Shown here piece after piece: positions 1-12,469 of a stretch of DNA of 64,000 nucleotides. The stretch covers positions 16,430,001 to 16,494,000 of the forward strand of contig JBHGNT010000018.1 of NCBI GenBank assembly GCA_043228905.1, in the 5' to 3' direction. This DNA comes from Azolla caroliniana. Taxonomy: Eukaryota; Plantae; Polypodiophyta. The stretch's first letter is position 1. Each line of letters starts with the position of its first letter. Under the pieces are notes generated by a model. It saw only the letters and a list, made by a program, of their open reading frames with translations. It did no database searches and was not told the DNA's origin. Position numbers and translations under genes: made by a program.

Positions 1-93
1 CATTGCTAACTTGCTTGGAAGGAATGGAACCACTAATGGGCTGTACAAATCTAGGGTTGATGTCCAACCAAATGGCTCCTATTTTGGCTGGAC

Positions 94-1251
94 TCAATCA
101 TTTAACTCTTCATCTATTTGACTAAGGATTTCAAATTTATTTGAGATACTTGGGCTATTAGTACTATGAATACTATCAAACACTCTATTAGTACTATTAA
201 TACTATCAGACACTCCTAAGGGAAGAATTGACTCGGGTTTAGTACAGGCTACAATTTGATTTACCTGTCTTCTTGGCCTATGGGGACAATTGATTGCGAT
301 ATGCCCTGGTCCACCGCAATAAAGACATAATCAATTTGCACATCTTCGTTGCTTTTCTTCTTCCGATAACGGGCCGCGTCGACGCATGGTATTGATCTCC
401 ATCGGTGTCAAAGTATTTGCTTGAGGAATGTCTCGTGCAAATGGTCTAGCCGCGACTGCGGCGTAAGTGGGCTCCGGCCTAGCGCGTGGTATCTGTAATT
501 GACGTTCCGAACGCCGTTCGAAGAGGCGGTTGTCACATCGGACCGCTCGACTGATTGCCTCCGTAAGAGACTTTGGTTCTTCGGGGAAGGTTAGAAGTAG
601 ATTTTTGACATCATTTCGCAGGCCATAGCGAAACTGCTCCATTAGTGCTTGATCATCCCAGGGTATGTTGGAAGCGAGTAGGCGGAAATCCGCCGCATAG
701 GCAAAGGCTGGACGATCGCCTTGACGCAATCACCGGATCTTGTTGATCGCCGTCCTAATGCTGTCGGTGTCTCCAAAGTAAGCTTTGAACTCACTAATAA
801 AATCTTCAAAGTTATTAAGCAAGGGCGATTGTTTTTCTAGAAGCGGAGCGAACCATGCTAAGGCTGAGCCGCTAAGCAACGTGCCTATTAAGCCGACTCG
901 GGATGCATCAGTGGGGTATCGGGAAGGATGCATTTGGAGGACTAATCGTACCTGATTAAGGAATCCCCTGAATTGCGATCGTGTTCCATCAAATTTCACA
1001 GGAAGTCCAATCTTCGGCTCTTTATGAAATCCTTGGGGACTTGATCCTTGTTGTTGCAATGCCGCTTCGAGTTGTTGCACCCGTAAAGCTAACTCCCCAT
1101 GTTGTTGCTGCGTTTGTTGCTTTTCTAGAGCGATTTGTTGCAGATCCCCTATCAGCCGTTGGTTTTCTTGTTCCAAGGCAACAAACTTTTCTTTTAGGCA
1201 TTGTAACTCGGAGAAAACGGATTGATATTCTTGGGCGCTAACAGTAGCCAT
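94..1251 (-). pseudogene. gag: gag of element A (two premature stops)
   Basis: ORF track 730..1326 and 331..729 align end to end with D gag; terminates ...EELND* at a GTTAAAT site. Confidence 0.88.
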
Positions 1252-1328
1252 AGTAGGGGGAAAAGGATTGGAGGATGAGGGAGAACGACAAGTAGGCTGG
1301 AGGAAAAAGGAGGAAAATTGGTTCAAAC

Positions 1329-1754
1329 TGTCAGGAATAGTACTAAAGCAGAGATGGAAATAGTACTAAGAAGAGTAGTACTATTAGTACTAAGAGGACG
1401 GGACTGCGTAAGATTCCCGAGAGAGAGGAAGTGAGAAGAGGAGAGAGAGAGAAATAGGATGATGACAGTAGCTCTTATATTATATGAAAGATAAATACAA
1501 ATCAGCTAAGAGGCTTAAGACTGGTGTTGAACCAATTTGGTTCAAAACAATGCCTTGTGCCTCCTTTTATAGTGTTTTTAGGAATAATCCTGAAGCTTCT
1601 AGAATGTTCCAGAGAGATCTGGAATATACATCAATTTTCTATGATAAAGCATAAATGAAAATAATATCCTATAAAATACAATTCATAGTCTAATGGTAAG
1701 AGCTCGACCCATGTAGCATAAGGTCATGGGTTCGAGTCTTGCCATATCATGACA
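1329..1754 (-). repeat. 5' LTR of element A
   Basis: TG...CA termini, TATA box, perfect 4-unit HSE at 1591-1610, tRNA-like module 1686-1740; closely similar to the LTR at 6074. Confidence 0.92.
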
Positions 1755-2322
1755 ATTCTTCATCTTCCTCTTCTTTCTTCTCCAAATCGGGAGGCCTTTT
1801 AATGGCTAGTTATGATTGAATTAACCAGCCATTGAAAGACCTAGATTAAGCTCATCTTGATGTCTATTCCATGTCAATATGAATGGTCATCAAGGATTGA
1901 AAATGTATCTAATGTATATAGTCTATTTATGATTAAAATTGCTTTGAAATTTTATGAAATTTTGGTCAAATTAGCTCTGGTCAATATGAATGAGATAATG
2001 CCCACCTATTGTCGAGATCTGAGCTTTAGCTCTTCCCCGGACCCCATCCCTCCGCTCTACCCCTCTCCATCTCACATAGAAGACATTCTCTAATGATGAG
2101 GCATTCCTCATCTCCCTCTTCTTTCTTCTCCAAATCGGGAGGCCTTTTAATGACTGGTTATGATTGAATTAACCAGCCATTAAAAGGCCTAGATTAAGCT
2201 CGATTTGATGTTTATTCCATGTCAATATGAATGGTCATCAAAGATTAAAAATGTATCTACTGTATATAGTTTATTTATGATCAAAATTGCTTTCAAATTT
2301 TATGAAATTTTGGTCAAAGTAG
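1755..2322. repeat. Direct duplication of ~220 bp, offset 348 bp
   Basis: 1755-1972 and 2103-2322 share CTCTTCTTTCTTCTCCAAATCGGGAGGCCTTTTAATG...GAAATTTTGGTCAAA with few substitutions. Confidence 0.85.
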
Positions 2323-2897
2323 GCCAAAAATAAAACTTTATTTTATGCTCTCTATGTGTGTAAGATTAATTAACACCAAAATTGAAAGTTGGAGTTTACC
2401 ATGTTCTGTATAATAATATAATATAATCAAGAAGCAATATTGGTTCATATACCATAATACCTGCGTAAAAACCTAGGTTGTTGGAAGCTTCAAAGTTCCG
2501 ATTTCTAGTAGACAGCTTCCATATCCTGCTGAAAAACCTAGTGTTTGCAAAATGTAGAAAATCGTTACAAAAACCCCCAATTATTTTCTTTTTCTCTAGT
2601 AAAAAATACCCTAGAAATTTAATTTTTAAATTATTTACAAATTTAGCCTTAGAAAAAATGACAATTCCAAAAGGTTGAATATGTTTAGAATACGTGTGGG
2701 TATTCTAAAATGTACTCTATCTATAAAATACACGTTTTTTAACAAAAATGGTTCAAATAATATATAAAAGTTTTTTTTTATATAAAAAAATATACAAATA
2801 ACATATATACTTCCTTAGATTTCTATTTGTAGTGTAAGTATGTGTTACAATTGTATGCTTAAGGAGTGAAATTAAAAGGATATTATTACCTCAAACA

Positions 2898-4085
2898 ATG
2901 AGGACAAACTCACCATTTTCTGTTGAGGAATATCAACTGTCATCGGATTCCTCACCTTCTCTGGGGTTTTCGGTAGAAGAATACCATTGGTCTCAAGATT
3001 CTAATTTCTCCATTGAGGAGTATATAATCTTAAACAGTCTAGTGAATACAAAAAGATGCATTGAATTCTCAGTTGAGGAGTATGACCCATACGCGGACCC
3101 GGCTAAGACTGTAGGTGATTGTCAAAGTTCTGAAAGTATTTCTACCCAGCAACAGAGAACAAATGTCCGCGAAGAGGAGGAGACACTAATATCATCTCAG
3201 GATGACAATAAGTCGGTGAGCCCCTTATTTTTCAAAAGGGTCTCATGACGTATTAGTTGAGAACGATTTGCTTTAGTGACTTCGGAGGCTCAACTTACCT
3301 TAGATGTTAATAAGACATGTTGCGCTCGTGGGTGTATGGCGTTGATTGGAAAGAAAAACTTGCGGCCTTTGAGATGCTACTATTTTTCACTCAATGGTGA
3401 TGAACAAGACACTTATCCTATGACACATTTACAGATGGTGTCAGAAAAATCTTCAGAGTATTACCTCTTTATGGCACGACAATGTTGTTGAGTGGCATTC
3501 AAGATCGCACTTTGTGTTAGCAACATGAGATTACATAGAGTGCAACAAAGAGTTTTAAACGACAACAATCCTATTGAAGATGATAATTTGCCAAATATGA
3601 AGGGTGCATCAGGTAGAAATGTGATTTGTTGGATGAAGACATACTTCAAGTTCAATTGTGAGATAATGCCAACTACTGGTAGGTTGCATCTCTCTGACAA
3701 TTATACACGTCGAGAAATTTATGATTCCTATAAAGTACGTACGGGAATAGTTCAATATGTGCAAACCTGAAGAGTGTGTGTAAAGGGGCAAAGACATCGA
3801 CAAAGAAGGAGCTAAATAAGAAATCGTTACAAGATCACCAAGATGCCCAAGCATTAGAGCGAAAAAGAGCTATGCATCATAGGGAAAAGTCGATAAACAA
3901 TCCAGCTAACTACATTGTTTAATGATAGATGGAATGGGCCAAAAGAAGACATGTCTACCTCATCTTAAACGTCTTCCTAAATATGTCAACGATGATTGTC
4001 TCGTGCAGATGCACTTGGTGGGTTGTTTAGCGTATAATGGAAGCGTTAAGCCTCATGTCTTCGTTACCTACCCAAATGTCCACAA
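2898..4085 (+). pseudogene. Degenerate DNA-transposase-like gene (Sola-like/DDD-type by inference), truncated by element B
   Basis: Fragmented frames: CCARGC, CxxAFKIALCVS, WMKTYFKFNCEIMPTTGRLHL, MIDGMGQKKTCLPH...QMHLVGCL. No TIRs identified. Confidence 0.5.
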
Positions 4086-6514
4086 TTCATCATCGAAGAA
4101 AACGCATCATATTTTGCATTGGGTAGCATTCTGTCACAACAAGGCGATGATGAAAAACTCCATCCTGTGGCTTTCCACTCACGCAAGTTTGACGCCGCTG
4201 AAATCAACTATGTAATTCATGATAAGGAGCTATTACCAATAGTGGATTCTTTTAAGCAATGGAGGCATTTTCTAGAGGGATCTTCTCAACAAGTCACTAT
4301 ATTCCGTGATCACAAAAACCTTGCCTACTTTCAAAATGCTCGTGTGTTAAATCGACGTCAAGCTCGGTGGGCCCAATTCCTCACTCATTTCGACTTCAAA
4401 ATTACATATCGTCCGGGGAAGCAACATGGGAAAGCAGATGCATTATCACGACGCTCGTATCTAGCACCGCGTCCTGGCAAGCCAGCTTTCAATAACCAAA
4501 AGCAAGTAATCCTGGGACCAGCACGACTGCAAGCAAAGCAGGTCTTCGGTATGCCCTTGGATTCCCACGTTATCGATACCATACATGAGGACTTGAAGAC
4601 AGATGGTTTCTCCCAAGCCATTCTAGCACAAATTGATCCCTCTCGAGCATCTTGTTCACGGTCACAACAACCAGGTACGGACTATCGACAATTCGAATGT
4701 CATGATGGATTACTATTCTTTAATAAACTCTTGTATGTTCCTAATGATTCTTGTGGCCTTCGAGTAGTCCAAAACTATCATGACACATATACAATTGGGC
4801 ATTTTGGTAGTACTAAAAAATTAGATTTAGTACAACGATCATTCTAGTGGCCCCATATGAGACAATTTGTCGAAGATTTTGTTCGGACTTGTGATACATG
4901 TTGCAAAGCAAAAATGCCAAGGCATAATCCATATGGTTTATTAGAACCATTACCAATTCCAAGCAAGCCGTGGAAATCCATTGCTCTAGATTTCATCATA
5001 GATCTTCCGGTCTCTAAGGGATTCGATGCGATCTTAACAGTAGTAGATCGATATACGAAGATGGCCCATTTCCTACCATGTACTAAGGAAATCTCTCCAA
5101 TGAGGAAACCGTCGAAAATGTCATGCATGAAGTATGTCGGCATCATGGCCTTCCCGATAGTATCATCAGCAACTATGGACCCCAGTTCGTCTCGAAATTC
5201 TGGAAGCACCTCTTTAAAATGCTCAAGGTCACTTGTAACCTCTCCTTCGGCTACCACCCGCAAACAAACAGCCAAGCAGAACGAATGAATCAAACGCTGG
5301 AGCAGTTTCTTCGGTGCTTTCTAAGCTATCATCAAGATGACTGGGCGGATATTCTCCACTTCGCCGAATTTGCGTATAATAACTCTGTCCACTCATCGAC
5401 AAAGGTTACACCATTTTATGCTTATACGGGCTGTCACCCCTGGTGGTGTGTATTTGAAACCCCACAGTTACCCACAAATCCTTGCACAGAGGATTGTTTG
5501 GAGTGGTTATTCAAGATACAAGCAAATTTATCTACTCATCTACAACAAGCTCAACAAACACACAAGGTTTACGCGGATCATCATCGGCTTCCATCCAGTT
5601 TTAACATTGGAGATCGAGTATGGCTACTTCAATGACACATCAAGACTACTCCCCCATGCGAGAAGTTGGATTATTGGCGATTATGTCCTTTTTGTATTAT
5701 CGGAAAAATTAATGATGTCGCTTTTCATCTCGATCTACCTCCATAACTTCGGATACATCCGGTGTTTCCTAGTTCTCTCCTCGAACCCTATCAAGACAGC
5801 ACCATCCCAAGTCGTATTAAACAACCTCCACCCCCGATCAAACTTGAAGATGGACCTGAGTACGAGGTTGCCACCATCCTCGATTCCAAGATTGTTCGCA
5901 ACAAACTCTACTATTTAGTCGTTGGCTAAGTCCCAATGAGCGTACTTGGGAACCAATAGAGAATGTGATTGATGCGCGTGCTCTTCTTGAAGCCTTCCAT
6001 CGTCAATATCCAAACAAACCAGGTCCTCAATCCAAAACGACTCGTGACACTCGTCGTTTTAAAGGGAGGATAGTGTCATGATATGGCAAGACTCGGACCC
6101 ATAACCTTATGTTACATGGGTCGAGATTTTGACCATTAGACTATATGTTGTAATTCGAAGGACATTATTTTCATTTAAGTTTTACTATAGAAAATTGATG
6201 TATATTCCATATTTCTCTAGAACATTCTAGAACACTCCTAAGAACATTATAAAATGAGGCACAACGCATTATTTCGAACCAAATCGGTTCAACGCCAGTC
6301 TTAAGCCTCCTAGCTACTATTGTATATTCTCTTAACATAGTATATATCTTTTGTTATCATCTCTCTCTCTCTCTCTCACTCACTCACTCACTCTTTCCTT
6401 CTCTCAAGAGTTCTACACCTCCCTTAGACTAATCCTCATCTTTTAGTACTAATTCCTTCTTTGTCTTAATATTGTCCCTGACAATACTTCTCTGTCTTAG
6501 TACTGCTCCTGACA
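4086..6514 (+). mobile_element. 5'-truncated chromovirus element B (RNase H-integrase-chromodomain relic plus 3' LTR)
   Basis: ORFs 4119-4847, 4857-5288 and 5123-5635 match D pol. PPT AAAGGGAGGATAG at 6061-6073. LTR from 6074 ending CCTGACA at 6483 or 6514 (duplicated U5 end). Confidence 0.9.
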
Positions 6515-6946
6515 CATCATCTCTCCCGATTGTATTTCCATGGATCAACAGAAAGTGGCCACAATTCAAGAATGGCAACCTCCTACTCGAGTAAGAGGCG
6601 TTCAATCCCTCCTTGGCTTTGCAAATTTTTATCGTTGGTTTATTAAAGGGTTTTCCAATATTGTGCAACCATTGGTTACACTCACCCGTAAGGACTAACC
6701 CTTCTGTTGGATATTGATTGAGCAATCTACATTCGTGGCGCTTAAATATGCCTTTATGACCGCCCCAATACTCTTTCACCCCGACCCAACAAAGACATTT
6801 ATAATGGAAATAGATGCGTCAGACTTTGCTATCGACACAATCCTCTCACAACCCGACAATGATGGGGTACACCATCTAGTAGCTTACTACTCGCGTAAAT
6901 TCACAGCTCTGGATATAAACTACCCGATCTATGACAAGGAACTTCC

Positions 6947-9900
6947 TGTCATGATATAGCATGGTATGGCATTAAAAGGATTTGATCCCATGACCTAGTG
7001 TCACGTGGGTTGAAGCCCTACCATTAAGCTATACATTGCAATATAAAGAATATTGTTTTCTTTATTTTATTATTTCACTATAGAAAATTGATGTATATTC
7101 TAGATTTCTTTGGAACATTCTAGAAACTTCAAGAGTACTCCTTACAACACAATAAAAAGAGGCACAAGGCATTATTTCGAACCAATTCGGTTCAATGCCA
7201 GTCTTAAGCCTCCTAGTTATTCTTGTACTTACTCTTCATATAATATGTCACCTATTATCATCATTCTCTCTCTCTCTCATGAGTCTTACACACTCCCTTC
7301 CTCTTAGTACTAATCCTCATAGTTCTTTCTTTCTCTAGTACTAATTCTCTCTCTATTTTTAATAATATTCCTGACCATTTGAACCGAATTTAGTCATCCT
7401 CTTATCCCTCCTTCCCTTCATATTAATCCTCTTATCCTCACTAATAAATGGCAATTGTTAGCGCTCAAGAATACCAATCTATTTTCTCGAAGCTCCAGTG
7501 CTTAGAAGAAAATTGTGTAGCATTAGAACAAGAAAATCACCGTTTGTTGGGGGATCTTCAACAAATAGCTCTAGAAAAACAACAACTCGAGGAGCTGACG
7601 TTACGTGTGTGACAACTTGAAGCAACGATTGTATCCTTACAACAACAAGGATCAAGCGCTCAAGTGACTCACAAAGAACCCAAGATCGATCTTCTTATGA
7701 AATTTGATGGGACCAATCACAGTTTAGAGGTTTTCTTAATCAGGTACGTTTAGTGATTCAAATGCATCCTTCTCGATATCCCACCGACGCATCCTGAGGG
7801 GGACTAGTAGGCACGGCTTTGGCATGGTTCGCCCCCTTGTTAGAAAAAAGCTCTCCCTTGTTAAATAATTTTGAAGAGTTTATTAGCGAGTTTAAAGCCT
7901 GTTTTGGAGATACCGATAGCATTAGGACGGAAATCAACAAAATCCGAAGATTGTGCCGAGGTGATCGACCAACCTCAACTTATGCTGCGGATTTCTGTCT
8001 TCTCGCCACCGATATTCCCTAAGATGACTAGGCATTAATGGTGCAATTTCGTTATGTCCTACGTAATGATGTCAATGATTTACTCTTGACTTTCCCCAAA
8101 GAGCTAAAGTCATTGAGAGAAGCAATCAGTCGTGTGGTACAATGTGATAACCGCCTTTTCGAACGACATTCGAAACACCAATTGTAGATGCCAAAGACAA
8201 GATCAGAGCCCACCTACGCCTCAGTTGTAGCAAAACCTTTTCCAAGGGAGTCATATAATGCGTCTTTAGCAAATACTCCAACTCCGATGGAAATCGACAC
8301 CACACGTCGTCGTGGACCATTATCGGAAGAGGAAAAGCAGTGATGCCGAGCAAATCGACTATGTCTTTATTGTGGTGGACCGGGGCATATTGCAGTGAAT
8401 TGTCCCCATAGGCCAAGAAGACAGGTAAACCAAATAGTCGCTAGTACTAATTGTACTAAACCCGAGTCTATCTCAGTAGGAATATCTGATAGTCCTAATA
8501 GTACTAATAGCCCAAGTCTATCGAACAGATTTGATGTCCTTAGTCAGTTAGAAGAAGAGTTAAACAACTAAGTGTAGCCAAAATAGGAGTCGTTTGGTTG
8601 GACAACCCTAGATCTCTGCAACCCATTAGTGGGTCCATTCCCTCTAAGCAAGTTAGCAATGTGTTCTTAGCTCAAGTAACAATTAGTACTAAAAGTAGCC
8701 CTCCAATACATATCTTAGCACTCTTAGATTCCGGACCTAATTCTTGCTTCATGGATAGGAATTTTGCGCAAGCTCATCAAATATCCCTAAGAAAACTTCC
8801 CTGCCCAGCATCTGTAGTAGTCATTGATGGTCGTCCCATTACTTCTAGAAATATCATAGAAGAGTCAAAGCCAATTAGTATTTTCCTAGATAATTTGTCA
8901 TGTGTAGTATCGTTGAATATAATTAGTAGCCTAGAACATCCCATTGTTTTAGGGTTACCATGGTTCGAATTACACAATCCAGACATAGATTGGAGAACAA
9001 GAGAAATTAGGTATCGACAATCCCAAGAATCTACTCATAAGGTTTCAACCATTTCGCTACATCAACTGCATGAGGAATGACGCACCGAATCAATGTTTGT
9101 ATTTGTCGTATCAGTGAAACCTTCCAACACTGCTAAGGAGGAGTGAACAATTCAACTTCCAAAAAAGTATCGTCATTATGTCGACGTTTTTGATAAGGTA
9201 AAAGCTAGTACTCTTCCTCATCATCGACCCTATGATTGTCCCATTGATTTACAACCAGGAAAAGAGCCACCGTGGGGACCAATCTACAACTTGTCACCAA
9301 CAGAGCTTGAAGTTCTTCAACCTGACATAGAGGAAAATTGGGCAAACGGGTTCATTCGACATTCGAAGTCTCCAGCCGGTGCACCCATTTTCTTCGTCAA
9401 GAAAAAAGATGGATCACTTCGTTTAGTCGTGGATTACCGTGGCTTGAATAAGGTCACCATCAAGAATAGGTATGCACTTCCCTTGACCTCGAGTCTTTTA
9501 GAAAGGATTAATGGCGCCAAGTTTTTCACAAAAATCGACTTACGAGGAGCATATAACCTCATACGGATTCGACCGAGAGACGAATGGAAGACAGCTTTCC
9601 ACACCCGATATGGGCACTTCGAGTATACGGTTATGCTATTCGGCCTCACCAATGCACCAGCAGTCTTCTAGCACATGGAAAATGATATATTCTGAGATCT
9701 TTTGGACGTCTATTTAATCATCTACTTTGATGATTTGCTAGTTTATTCAAAGACACAGGAGGAACATGATTATCATGTACTATTAGTACTAAGACGACTA
9801 TGAGAACATGGTCTTTATGCAAAGCTGGAGAAGTTTAGTTTTGACTATAGCCAAGTAGAATTTCTCGGCAATGTCATTTCCTCGAAAGGCATCTCTATGG

Positions 9901-12305
9901 ATCCGGCTAAAGTCCAAACTGTGTTAGAGTGGCAGATTCCACATTCATTGCGAGATGTGCAATGCTTTCTAGGATTCGCAAACTTCTATCGCAAGTTTAT
10001 ACAAGACTACTCAAAGCTTATTTTGCTGCTCGCATAGCTAACAAAGAAGCCTCAATCGTTTGTTTGTCTAAGGAAGCGGACACGGCTTTTGAGGGTCTCA
10101 AGAAAGCATTTACATCGGCTCCTGTTTTAGCTCATGTTGATCCGCAAAAACCATTTATCATGGAGGCCGACGCGTCAAATTTCGCCCTAGGTAGTATTTT
10201 ATCACAACAAGGTGACGATGAGAAACTACATCCCTTGGCATTTCACTCACGCAAATTTGATGCCGTCGAAATCAACTACGAGATACATGACAAGGATCTA
10301 TTAGCAATAATGGACTCTTTTGCACAATGGAGGCATTTTTTAGAAGGATCTCCTAATCAAGGCATTGTATTCAGTGATCACAAGAATCTTGCCTACTTTC
10401 AGAATGCTCGCGTGTTAAATAGATGACAAGCTCAGTGGGCCCAATTCCTCACTCATTTTGATTTTAAGATAACATATCGTCCAGGTAAGCAACAGGGGAA
10501 GGCAGATGCATTAGCACGATGCTCATATCTAACTCCTCATCCCAGTGATCCGCCCTTCGACAATCAAAAGCAAGTAATCCTGGGACTGACACGACTTCAA
10601 GCAATGTGGGTCTTTGACAATCCATTGGATTCCTGCATCAATGTGTTTTGTATGTTCTGAATGGTTCGTGCCGCCTTCGAATAGTACAAAATTGTCATGA
10701 CACATATACAACTGGACATTTTGGTAGTACTAAAACATTGGATTTAGTACAACGATCATTTTGGTGGCCCCGTATGCAAAGATTTGTCGAAGACTATGTT
10801 CGGACATATGATACATGTTGTAGAGCGAAGATGTTGAGACATCATCCATATGGTTTGTTGGAGTCATTACCGATCCCAAACAAACCATGGCAATCTATTT
10901 CTCTCGATTTTATCACAGATCTTCCGTATTCAAGGGGTTTTAATGCAATCTTAACAGTGGTAGATAGATTTAATAAGATGGCACATTTCGTGCCCTGTAC
11001 TAAAGAAATTATCGGTGAAGAAACCGTTGGAATTGTTATGCATGAAGTATTTCGGCATCATGGTCTTCCTGACAGTATCATCAGATATCGTGGACCGCAA
11101 TTTGTCTCTAAATTTTGGAAGTATCTCTTTAAAATGCTCAAGGTCACCTGCAACCCCTCCTCCAACTATCATCCCCAAACATATGGACAAGCTTAACGTA
11201 CCAATCAAACATTGGAACAGTATCTTCAGTGTTTCTTAAGCTATCAACAGGATGATTGGGAGGATATTCTACATTTGGTTGAATTTGCTTATAATAATTC
11301 TACTCACTCCTCTACTAGGGTTTCACCATTCTACACTTATATCGGCTATCCTCCTCGTTGGTGTATGTTAGAAACACCTGAATTACCCACAAATCCTAGT
11401 GCAGAGGATCATTTGGAGCGGTTAAGACGAATTCAGGTAGAACTATCTACCCACCTACATCACACCCAACAAACACAAAAGGACTATGCGGATCGTCATC
11501 GGCTTCCATCCCCTTTTAATATTGGAGATCGAGTATGGCTATTACGACAGCACATCAAGACTACTCGATTGTGTGACAAACTGGATTATCGACAGCTAGG
11601 CCCTTTCCATATTAACGTAAAAATTAATGATGTTACTTTTTGCCTTTATCTTCCTCCGCAACTACGGATACATCCAATATTTCACAGTTCTCTCCTAGAG
11701 CCCTATCAGGATAGCGCTATCCCAGATCGTATTACACCACCTCCACCGCCGATCGAACTTGAAGATGGACCTGAGTTCGACGTTGCTGCCATCCTCGACT
11801 CCAAGATTGTTTGCAACAAGCTCTACTATTTGGTCAATTGGTTCGGATATAATCCAAGCGAGCGTACTTGGGAACCAGTGATGAATTTGGCGATTGCTCA
11901 AGCTCTTCTTGAAGACTTCCATCGTCAATATTCAAATAAACCAAGTCCTCAATCAAAGATGACTCATAACACTCGTCGTTTAAAAGGGGGGATAGTGTCA
12001 TGATATAGCATGGTATGGCATTAAAAGGATTTGAACCCATGACCTAATGTCACATGGGTTGAAACCCTACCATTAAACTATACATTGTAATACAAAGAAT
12101 ATTGTTTTTATTTATTATTTCCCTATAGAAAATTGATGTATATTCTAGATTTCTCTAGAACATTCTAGAAACTTCAAGAGTACTCCTGACAACACTATAA
12201 AAAGAGGTACAAGGCATTATTTTGAACCAATTCGGTTCAACGGTAGTCTTAAGCCTCCTAGCTATTCTTGTACTTACTCTTCATATAATATATCACTTGT
12301 TATCA

Positions 12306-12373
<68 letters not shown>

Positions 12374-12469
12374 GATTCTTACACACTCCCTTCCTCTTAG
12401 TACTAATCCTCAGAGTACTTTCTTTCTCTAGTACTAATTCTCTCTCTGTTTTTAGTACTATTCCTAACA
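6947..12469 (+). mobile_element. Full-length but decayed chromovirus element C
   Basis: LTRs 6947-7376 and 11996-12469; TSD CTTCC/CTTAC; PBS TTGAACCGAATT; gag 7448-8571 and pol ~8559-12003 with many stops and frameshifts; PPT AAAAGGGGGGATAG. Confidence 0.95.
12310..12371. repeat. (CT)n microsatellite expansion in the 3' LTR of C
   Basis: About 30 CT units versus about 7 in the 5' LTR. Confidence 0.95.

Larger units (their letters stand above)
1..1754 (-). mobile_element. Chromovirus-type Ty3/gypsy element A: 5' LTR, self-priming PBS and disrupted gag; runs off the window start
   Basis: LTR 1329-1754 (minus strand TGTCATGA...CCTGACA). PBS GTTTGAACCAATTT at 1315-1328. Gag from ATG 1251 is homologous to the intact gag at 19172 (EPKIGLPVKFDG, AWFAPLLEK, CCHC knuckle) with internal stops at ~730 and ~331. 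Confidence 0.93.

Noticed and set aside
1679-1750. Functional tRNA genes at the LTR modules
   Set aside because: Acceptor and anticodon stems do not form; only the promoter boxes and variable-loop motif persist
1755-2322. Duplicated segment as a TRIM or LTR pair
   Set aside because: No TG...CA ends, PBS or PPT; treated as a plain direct duplication
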